From: Rhizaria sp. SCN 62-66
Lineage: Eukaryota
Assembly: GCA_001724265.1 (NCBI GenBank)
Contig: MEDY01000212.1
Span: 1-64,000 of the forward strand
Length of the DNA: 64,000 nucleotides
Direction of reading: 5' to 3'
In this document: positions 48,535 to 58,638 of the stretch, piece by piece
Position numbering within the stretch: the first letter of the stretch is position 1
Layout: every line of letters begins with the position of its first letter
Position numbers and translations under genes: made by a program
Notes under the pieces: generated by a model
What the model was told of the DNA's origin: nothing
What the model saw: only the letters and a program-made list of their open reading frames with translations
The model's database searches: none

Positions 48535-49330
48535 AAAGGGTCATATCCCGCTCTCTACCAACATTGCCAAGTATTTGTTGTCCACCGCGCAGTTTTAGTA
48601 TTTTTTATTTTCACCTGTTTCCTACTGCGAGTTTGTTTCACGCTGAACTCACACCGCGACGACATATTACTGCGTTCGTCGCGCCGACAACGCAATCCTG
48701 TTCAGCAATGTCACGCACGCATAACTCAACAGACTTTGCAGCAGCCTAAACAAATCATCATCGTATAGCTTCAACTACTGCTGTTGATGCTGTCGTTCCG
48801 AATGTACCGCGTGCCAAGTAGTTTCGGCCCCTCTCCAACAACAGCTTTACTAGTTTCATCGGCGACAACATGTGACAACGACGACAGTGACAGACAGCAA
48901 TGACGGCTCTCACGACGGAAGCGACAAGTGTATGTATGCCTTGGGGTCTCAAGTTAGCACTAGTAACAAACAGCCTCACTCCGCACATGCGCACGCACAC
49001 GGGCGAGAAGCCCTATTTGTGCTCTTATGAAGGTTGTGGTAGTAGGTTCACTATGAAGGGCTACCTTTACGTACACACCCGCACGCTCACGGACGAGAAG
49101 CTTTATCAGTGCGAGCGATGCCAGTTGTGATTTGGCCTGTTAGAGTTGGCCAACATCAGCACCTTAAGCGCCACATGATGCGGATTCACAAACTCGCCAG
49201 TAGCGCTGCCGCTGGCGCTGACTCTGACTCTTGTGAGCTCTTGTGAGCTCTGTGACTTACCACCGTCGTTGCAGTGGTTGTCCAAAGCCTCCACAAGTTT
49301 GCAACGCACATGTTGTTGATGTTCGCGCTT
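48535..49330 (+). pseudogene. Decayed, internally deleted duplicate of the zinc-finger gene at 18895-20991
   Basis: Collinear similarity including upstream DNA (agggtcatatc..ctacc.acattgc..aagtatt..tccaccgcgcag), MSRT.N.TD.AA start, ggggtctcaagt.agcactag, [23 protein letters not shown]; stops and frameshifts present. Confidence 0.85.
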
Positions 49331-50266
49331 TACACGTCCGATTGGCTTCGCTCGCTATGCTCTTGCGAAGATATATAGCTTCTACTGGAATAATAAATAT
49401 GTCCATGGTTAATTTCACCGTTAAAAGGTGTATCAACTTTAAAATTAGCGCTACAACAAGAGATTGTACTTCGTTTTATCTTGTTTTATCCAAAACTCCC
49501 CGTCCAAATGCGTTTGTGGTTTAAAAGTTTTCTGGTGACTGGTGACTGTGATCAGCCCGATCGCGATTCGATCGACTCGCAGTGAGAATGTGGTCGGCGA
49601 AAACGGAGTATTGGCGCTGTACCGGATCGACACGGCGGTTCAATTTCAATTTTCCAACTAGAATAGTTGCTTTACTACTCAACTGTAATTTATTTCTTGT
49701 GCGGCGCTATGTGCTGTCTGCGCTGGACAACCGGATGTTAAGCGATGATGGCAACACGGTGGATGCGTTCAAACCGCCCCTTGACCGCGCCCGCCGCATC
49801 CCTATTCTCCAGCGCAGCTACTCATCCTTGTGCAGCGTTGCCACCGCGCGTATGCACCTCTCGCGCAAGTTTGTGGCTGTTTGCGTCTGATGCACACGCC
49901 ACGGCACTTGTCCGGAGTCGCTGGAGAGGTGGCTCTGCCACCCCCTGTCCTTCTCCCCTCGCCAGGTGGCCGCAACGCATACTAGACGCCGTGAAATCGC
50001 GTTTGATAGCCGCGTTTCATTTTTCTTGTCGCGAATCGCTCTCTTAATTATTCCTGTCAGCTGTTTTTACTTCTAATCTCTCAAAACTCACGCACATATC
50101 CTCACAATTCTCCTCTCTTCTTCCCTTCCCTCTTAACTTTTAAAATTCAAACAGCCTCTTTCTTTTTCGACAACAAGGCCCACCAAGCTTTGTTGCTGTT
50201 TCTTCTCCTCCGCCCCCCGCGTTGCCCGCTCACCACGCCCTGCGCGCCCCCGCCGGAGCCCCGCCG

Positions 50267-53200
50267 ATGAGCCGCCCCGCGTCCGCGTCGTCCGCTGCGG
50301 CCGACGCCCGCGACCGCGTACGCTCGCTCATGGTCGCCGACGACCTGCCCGCCTACCACCTCTCCATCGCCTCCATCGAGCTGGGACTGGGCGTCTCCGT
50401 CAAGCGCGGTCTCAGCGCCGAGCAGGTCGCCACGAACCGGCTCAAGTACGGCTCCAACCGTCTGCGCGAGCCCAAACAGCTTCACCCGGTGCTCATGTTC
50501 CTCAAGCACATGGTCAACCCGATCACCTTCATCCTCTACTGCGTCTTCATCATCCAGGTACGAGTCCACCAATGTTGTTGCCTATAATATATGTTCATTA
50601 TATTTATATGTATTTTTGCTATCTTACTATATCATCACGCTTTTATTTTAAATAGCCCTCTCTCCTCATGATCTCCCCGCAATATATCCTCTTGTGCTGC
50701 TCCTCACTACCAGGCCGTGTCCAACGAATGGATCGACGCAGGCGTGGTGATGTTCCTCATCGTCGCCAACGCGATCCTGGGCTTTGTCCAGGAGCTTAAG
50801 TCGGTGATGTCGCTCGCGGCGCTGCAGTCGATGTCGTCGCCCGTGGCCACAGTAATGCGCGACGGCGCGTCGATGGCCGTGGACATCAACGACATCGTCG
50901 TCGGCGACGTCGTGCTGCTCAAGCAGGGCGACCAGGTCCCCGCCGACCTCCGCGTCGCGCAGGCGCTCAACCTCGAGGTCGACGAAGCGCTGCTGACGGG
51001 CGAGTCGGTGCCGATCTTCAAGCACACGGACCCACTGCCGCTGCCCAAGCAGGAGCGCGCCGACCTCATCGTCTCGGTCGCGCTCGGCGACCGTAGCAAC
51101 ATGGCCTTCCGGCAGACCACGGTCGTGGCCGGCACGGGTGTGGGCGTCGTCGTCGCGGTCGGCGAGGCCACCAAGGTGGGCCAGCTCTCGGAGCGGCTCC
51201 TCAGCGCGGGCAACCCCAAGACGCCGCTGGAGCGCAAGATGGCCATCTTCATGTACTCGGTCTTCGGCATGGCCATCATCCTCGCCATCATCATCTTCGG
51301 CGTCACCGGCTTCACCTTCGAGCACGACACGATCGTCTACGCCTCGGCCACCGGCATCGCGATCCTGCCCGAAAGTCTCATCGCCGTCGTCACCGTCACG
51401 CTCTCGCTGGCGACGTCGCGCATGGCGGCCCGCAAGGCCATCGTGCGCAAGATGGGCGCCGTCGAGATCCTCGGCAACGTCACCAACATCTGCTCCGACA
51501 AGACCGGCACGCTCACGGAGGGCAAGATGGTCGTCAAGCGCTTCTGGCCCGTCGGCTCCAAGTACATCTACCACGTCACGGGTGGCACCATGGACGCCAC
51601 CGGCGGCTTCGGCCTCGAGCACGACCCCACGGACCCAGACGCGCCGCCCGTCGAGCCGGGCCGCCGCTCCTCGCGCGCCGCCTCCCGGGCCTCGCGCGCG
51701 GGCACACGCGCCTCGCGCGCCGCCTCGGGCACCGGCGCCGCCTCTGTCGGCTCTATTGGTGGGACTGTCTCCGGCCGCCCCAGCACGGCCACGGGCGAGT
51801 CGCGGCGCTTCCGCGCGCCGTCGTACGCGCACACGGTGGCCAAGGTCTCGCAGGGGCTGCCCGAGTCTGACTTCTCGGCGGTGCAGAAGGCGGCCGAGGA
51901 GCTAGCGCTGGTCTGCGCGATGTGCAACAACACGCAGCTGCAGCACGACGAGGAGGAGGACAAGCTCATCGGCACCGGCAACCCCACGGAGCTGGCGCTG
52001 CAGGTGCTCGCGTACAAGCTGCAGAGGTCCCCTTACTACTTCGAGGAGGACGAGGGCTGGCTAAAGTGCGGCCAGTGGGCCTTCGACTCGGGCGTCAAGT
52101 GCATGTCGGTCGGCCTCGTGCGCGACGCCGAGCTCAAGGAGGAGGACGAGGCCTCGGGCCGTGAGGACGGCGACAACTCGCTCGAGTGCAAGGTGCTGCT
52201 CAAGGGCGCGCCCGAGGCCGTGCTGCCCAAGTGCCCAGGCGCCAACGTCGACGAAGTCATGGCCAAGGTCGCTCACCTTGCCGGCCAGGGCTACCGCGTG
52301 CTGGCCTGCGCCGCGCGCGACGACCTCAGGCTGGCCGACCGCGACGGCGCGCGTCTGCATGACATCGACCGGCACCTGGCCGAGTCCAACATGCGCTTCG
52401 TGGGGCTTGTCGTGGTGTACGACCCGCCGCGCGAGGAGTCGTACGTGGCCGTGCGCAAGTGCAAGGAGGCGGGCGTGACGTTCCACATGGTGACGGGCGA
52501 CCACCACGGCACGGCCGAGGCGATCGCGCGCAAGCTGGGCATCCTGGAGGACCACCAGGGCCGCGACCGCGTCACCACGGGGCCAGTGTTCGATGCCATG
52601 ACGGAGGAGATGATCGACCTGATGGAGGAGCTGCCGCTGGTTATCGCACGCTGCTCGCCCGAGAGCAAGGTCAAGATGGTCGAGGCGCTGCACAGGCGCC
52701 GCCGCATCGTGGCCATGACCGGCGACGGCATCAATGACGCGCCCGCGATCAAGATCGCCGACGTGGGCGCTTGCATGGGCATCGCGGGCACGGACGTCAC
52801 CAAGGGCGCCGCCGACATCGTGCTGGCCGACGACAATATCGCGACGCTGGTCAACGCCGTCGAAGAGGGCCGCCACGTCGCCGCCTCGATCCGCAAGTTC
52901 ATCGTGCACCTGCTTACGTCCAACATCGCCGAAGTGATCGTGCTCATGATCGGGCTCGCGCTGCGCGACGACAACAACGAGGTCGTTTTCCCGCTCTCCC
53001 CGCTGCAGATCCTCTGGGTCAACATGTTCACGTCGACACCCCCCGCCATCGGTCTGTCGCTGGACGAGAAGAACCCTGCGCTGATGCAGCAGCCGCCGGA
53101 CCACCGGCCTCTCTTTTCGCTCGAGGTCATGACGGACCAGTTCATCTACGGCATCATTCTCGGCGGCCTCACCTTCGGCGGCTACCTCGTCGTTATCTTC

Positions 53201-53686
53201 GGCTTCGGCGATGGCGAGCTGGGCACCCACTGCAACAAGACCTCCGGCGAGCACACGTGCCACCTGGTGTGGACGGCGCGCACGACGGCCTTCGCGACGC
53301 TCAACACGCTACTGCTCTTCCACGGCTACGTGTGCCGCGATCCGCGGCAGAGCGTGTTCGCGCGCTCCTGGCTCAGCAACAAGGTGCTCCTGTGGTCTCT
53401 CATCGTGGGCTTCGCGCTGCTCATGCCCGTCATCTACATCCCGGGCGTCGCGCGCACGCTCTTCCGCCACGCCTACATCTCCTGGGAGTGGGTCATCGTG
53501 CTCGTCTGCATCGTCCTGCACCTGCTGCTCACCGATCTGTACAAGTTCGTCAAGCGCCAGCTCTACGGCGAGAACCACTGGGAGGCCGACGGCGGCCGCG
53601 CCAGCGCCGGCATCAAGGGCGGCAGCCGCGGCGCGCGCACCGTCATCACCGAGGACGGCGGCCGCATCGAAATGATTCCCGTCTAA
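50267..53686 (+). CDS. ENA: P-type ATPase, ENA-like (type IID Na+/K+ efflux); exons 50267-50557 and 50714-53686; 5' and 3' ends slightly uncertain
   Basis: GLS..RLKYGSNRL, DEALLTGES, IAILPESLIAV, ICSDKTGTLT, GNPTELALQV, KGAPE, DPPR, HMVTGDH, ARCSPESKVKMVEALHRR, MTGDGINDAP, ILWVNMFTSTPPAIGL. Confidence 0.92.
50558..50713 (+). other. Intron of P-type ATPase gene (156 nt, phase 0)
   Basis: GTACGA...TACCAG; joins IIQ|AVSNEW between TM1 and TM2. Confidence 0.9.
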
Positions 53687-55199
53687 GGCCACGTCCGAGT
53701 CCAAATCGAAGTCTAAGTCTAAGGGCCTCGCGCCGCAGTTTAAGTACCCAGACGACGAATCGAGTCTGAGTGCTTCTCGCTTTCTTGTCGTGTTTTGGTG
53801 CTTAGTTGCTTTGTATTTTATTGTGATGTATGGTGTATTTTTATTGTTTGTTTGTGTTTTTTTTCGATTTCGTTTTTCAACGTTATGTTCTGGTTTAGAT
53901 TTCGTTTTGATGCTTGTTTGTGACGATGATGGGGGAAAGACAGTCTGAAAACCCTCGATCGAGGTGAGAATGCAAGCGTATCATGTGTGAGTGCAAAATA
54001 CTGTGTGCGTGTGAGTATAAGTGTGATTGTGTGCGATGTTATGAGCTTTTTTTAAGCTTTATCTTGAATCTGGCACGGCAGTTTTTGTGTCTTCTTTCTT
54101 CCTTTGTTCTTTTCATTCATTACGTACGTACGTCTGTGTTGACTTTTCAGCTCTTTTTGTGATTTGCCAACGTGTGCTAGCCAACTTTCCTTCCCTTTGC
54201 GCCTCCGTGAAAGCCAATAACTTCGCACAATTTATACGAAACGAGAAACAATCATTCTAACAACAACTGTAACAATGTGCCCATTGAAATAGCTGGCATA
54301 GTAACACTGCCGTTACTGCTGTGCTTTCTGCCCGCAGTCGTTCACAATTGTTGGGATTGCAGTCAGCTTAGAACAAAGTTTCTGTAGTTGTTTCTGCATC
54401 TCATTCGTTTTTGAACACTTTCCTCGCGCCTTCACATTAACCCGCACACACCTGCGCACGCACTCATGTATACGCTCCGTTTTACGCTCGCACTTGTTTG
54501 CTGTCGCTGCTGTTGATAATGCTAATGGTGATAATGTTGTTTGTGCTAATCGTGCTCGTTGTCTTGTAAAATCTCGAAGTGCTACTGCTGATCTTGCTTT
54601 AGTTCATTGAACTCTTCGTGTTTCATATTTCAAACGACTCAGCTATGACTTATAGTTAATCCTAATAATGATTACTACAACTAACAATATTACTGCTATA
54701 TAACGTGGATAAATACAAATTTGCTTTGCTTTTATTCTTTGAATAACATTACAGTTGCAACAAGACGTCACACTCAGTCACAGTATCGATGTGAGAGCAG
54801 TTGGCGTTTGCAAAAAAAGATCTAGATAGAATCCGAAATTTGTTCTAAGTAATCGTTGTGATTGTGCGCTAATAAATCACATTAACGCACAATATGTCTG
54901 TACCTGAGCGTTTTGAGATGGGCACCCTACGGGCACCGGAAGCTTCTCTTCTTATCGCGATTCGTTTAATTTAGATGAGACAGTTCAAAGTTACAGTACT
55001 TCAGTGTTAAACTAATATAAAAAGACAACGCGGTGTCTATCCAGTCATAAGCCTTAGGGTGCCCATCTCAAAACGCACAGGTACAATCTATTGCAGTCGC
55101 ATAGGCAACCCCATGAAAAGCTGTGTTGTTGACACAGCGGTTGTCGTTGCTGCTGTAGCTCTTGTAGCTCTGCGCACAGGCACAGCCTCAGAAGCTGTC

Positions 55200-57446
55200 T
55201 CACTGCATGAGGAAGGCGACGATGCCGGTATCGAAGCCGCAGCCGCCACAGCCGGCCCGCAGCCCCGCCTCGGCCGCCGGGCGCCCCCAGGGGCCCGCAG
55301 CAGAAGGAGCATTGGTACTCGCACCAGCACTAGCATTTGCACTCGAGTAGACTGCGGCCACGGCGGGGGCCTGGGCGAACACAGGGGCCAACGCACAGCA
55401 CCCTTTGTTGCTCTGAGGCAACTGCGACTGCGACTGGGCGTGCGCGTTGTGCGCTGCGTAGACGGCCCCCAGCAGAGCCCGCGTCCGCGCCGCCGCCGCG
55501 GCCACGGCCGGACACGAGCACAGCAGAGCCAACGCAGCGACACCCACCGCACCAGGCCCAGACGCAGACGCAGAGTCTGTCGGCAGCCAGAGGGGCGACT
55601 GGGGGCCGGCCTTGGCGGCGGCCGCGGCGGCTGCGGCGACGGAGACGGCGTCAGGCACCTCCGCGATGTGCGCCCCCGCCTCGCAGCCGCAAGCCATGCT
55701 GCGACTGCCAGCGCTGGCTTCAGCGGTGTTGTTTGCGATGTGAGTATTACTCGCGAGTGCGAGTGCTAGGGAGCAGTGGCAGGAGCAGCAGCCGAGCCAG
55801 AGCAGAGGCACCGCGCCGTCCGAAGTTAGGCCGCCGCCACCCCGTGTCGCGGAAGTTAGGCCGCGCGGTTCGAGCACGCCCGTCGGGCACAGCGGGCACT
55901 GCGACAGCGCGGCGGCCACGGCGGCGGCGGCGGCGGGCGCGGGGCCCGGGGCAGCGCTCTCGGCCACGGACAGCAGCGCAGCGGCGTCAGCAGCAGCCTC
56001 AGCGGCGGCCGCAGCCCCCGCGGCGGCCTCGGCCTCGGCAGCCACCCACCAATCGCAGTCGCTGTCGCCGGTCTGCGCATTGGCGTTCGTGTTAGCTGTG
56101 CCATTGTAGTACGCAGCGGCAGCCTCCTCGTCGAATGCTTGTTGCTGCTGCTGTTGTTGCTGTTGTTGGTTATGCAGCCACTGCTGTTGTTGTTGCCGTT
56201 GCTGGCTCTAATCTTCGTCCCGACATGCCTGGCCGACGCCGCCATACGCGGCAGCAGCACCGCCGCGACTGTACCCGTCGCCGTCGCCGTCGATGGCGGC
56301 CGCGACGGCCGACTGGACCTCAGCCAGTTCCTCGCGGAGGCTCTCAGCCAGCAGCGCGTCCTTCATCGCCAGCATGATGTCCACCATGTCCTCGCTCGTC
56401 AGCACGCTGCCAGTGCTGTCAGGGGCGGCGGCGGCGGCGGCGGCGAGACCTGTGAGGATCAGAGACGAGCCGTCGTCGCACATGCTCCCAGTGTTGTGAC
56501 CAGACTGCGCCTGCGCCTGTGTCTGTCGGTCCGGCGACGCTCGGGCTGAGGCCTGCGCCGAGGCAGTGCGGGAGATGGCGGCGACGGCGTTGCGGCGGTA
56601 CCACTGGAGGAACCACTCCTTGCTGTTGCCGCCGGAGCTGCTGCGCGTCACCGCGGCGTTGTGGCGGCTGCTGTCGTCGTCGTCGCCCATCGCGGGGCTG
56701 CACGTAGTACCGCCGAGGCTGGTGACGGCGGCGGTGGGGACGCGTGACAGCACCGCCGGCAGTCCGAAGCCGGGAAACGACGACGAGGATGAGGACGAGA
56801 GCGACGAGGAGGATGAGGGCGTTGTTGTGATGGGAGACGAGCCAGAGCTGGAGCCGGCGCTGGCACTGGGGCCGAAAATGGAGCCGAAGCTAGCGTTGGT
56901 GCTGGCAATAGCCGCAGCGTTGGAGTTAGCGTTGCTGCCGAAAGGGGTCGAGAAACCTTGCTGTGGAGCTGTACGGGCTGCGTTAGGCGTCATCGGGAAC
57001 GACGCGATAGTAGCAGCAGCGCCGCTGTTGCTGCTGCTTGTGCTGAGGGCGGACTGAATGATGCCATGGAAGGCGGAGGCCATGCTGGCAGCGGCGCGAC
57101 GGGCACTCAAGCGGCCGGCGGGAGCACTGCCACCGCAGCTGCCGGCGTGAACGTCGGCGGTGTTGCCGTTCCCGGTGAGCCCCAGACCAAGGCCGAGCAC
57201 GAGGGCGTTCTCGTTGAAGCAGCTGTCGTCGTCGTCGTCGTCGTCGTTGCCGTCCTGGCCGTCGCCGTTGCTGGCGTTCGAGCCGCACGAGGAGCCGCGG
57301 ATGCGGGTAAGGATCTCGGAGCGGTTTGCGCGTACGAGGTCGGCACAACGCGACATCATGCTCGCCTTAATCGACTCGCGCGTGCTCAAACCACGCGCCT
57401 TGGCCGCCGCGAGAGACGCGCCGGGAGACGGGCGGGGACGGAACAT
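55200..57446 (-). CDS. RPAIN: RPA-interacting protein (RPAIN/RIP)-like, 748 aa, with an in-frame TAG at 56208-56210
   Basis: N-terminal RESIKASMMSRCADLVRANRSEILTRIR, middle EDMVDIMLAMKDALLAE, C-terminal Zn finger CPLC..CSC..H..C..P.F..CGGCGF..IV; ends at TGA. Confidence 0.75.
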
Positions 57447-58638
57447 GAGCTGGCGGAATCGACACCACGAGAATGGGAAATAGATGCGAAAATAATGAGC
57501 CGTACCGCACAACAAATTGTAAACAATAGCAAATAATCACGGAGAATATGGAAATAACATCGAAAGCGCCGTTTACGGTCGGTTATACGTTGTGACAAGT
57601 GCAAACCAGGGTCTCTAAGCCTTATTAAAAGGGCGCCAACTGAACAAACGGAAACAGCAGAATAAGCCGGAATCGACGGTTTTACAAACTCAATGGCATG
57701 AAATCGGTACGAAACGCACATATAAACGCGTATTTGTTGATTTCTAGAAGGTCTTTAAGTTTTAACACGCGAGAAAAGCATATACCCAAGAAACCTGCAG
57801 ACTATCTCGACGCGACAAGATATACACAGGTAAAACCAAGCTCATAACAAATAAAATACTGTGAAAGATTTTCAATAAATATTATTAAGCCCATGGAATT
57901 TTAATATTATTATTATTACTGCTTAGATTAATATATCTAAAAATTGTATCGTTTTTTACCATTATAAATAATTGAAAACTGTTGAAACATATATCAATAA
58001 CATTTTAAATTGTTAGTTTCTTTTGATGCTTCTCTGCCAATGACAGTAAAAAGCTTTTTTTCTTATTGATCTTGGAGCAAACCAAGGTTCTGACTTGCAC
58101 AAAAATGTTAAAAACTGTTAATATCAAACAAAACGTTTTAATGTATTTTAATTCTATTTAAATAAAATTAAACACTATTACAACTTGATAATAAGATAGT
58201 CGTATAATTATAAAATTAAAACAGTATATAATATTATTTAATAATTTATGTTAAATTTCTTAACTGAATATTTGACTCTCACAGTCAAATCAAAGAGTGT
58301 AGCTCTTTAATCAAGAGGTTCGCTTGACGCATGATTAAATATGATGGATAGCAAGGAGCAGTTACCAATGGTCATAATCACAATGATAGATTTGATTGGG
58401 AAATTTTGTATTACAGTGTACGTATATGATAAGTTTGTAACAGGTTAGTTTTTTGATTCTGGGCTCATCACCACAGAAAGACAACATTCGGCAAGTCCGA
58501 AGCAACGCAAATCCGACATTATTAAAATCTCCTAAGACGTTGCCCACGACACATATTTAGCTTCATAAAAACTAAAACTCGAATTTAATTTTAACAAATT
58601 TTGTTCGTATCTCGTATATTTTTATGAGATGACCTTAC

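Noticed and set aside
49582-50047. ORFs upstream of the ATPase as an extra coding exon
   Set aside because: The donor at 49850 is not phase-compatible with the acceptor at 50154 in the ATG-bearing frames; no recognisable motif.
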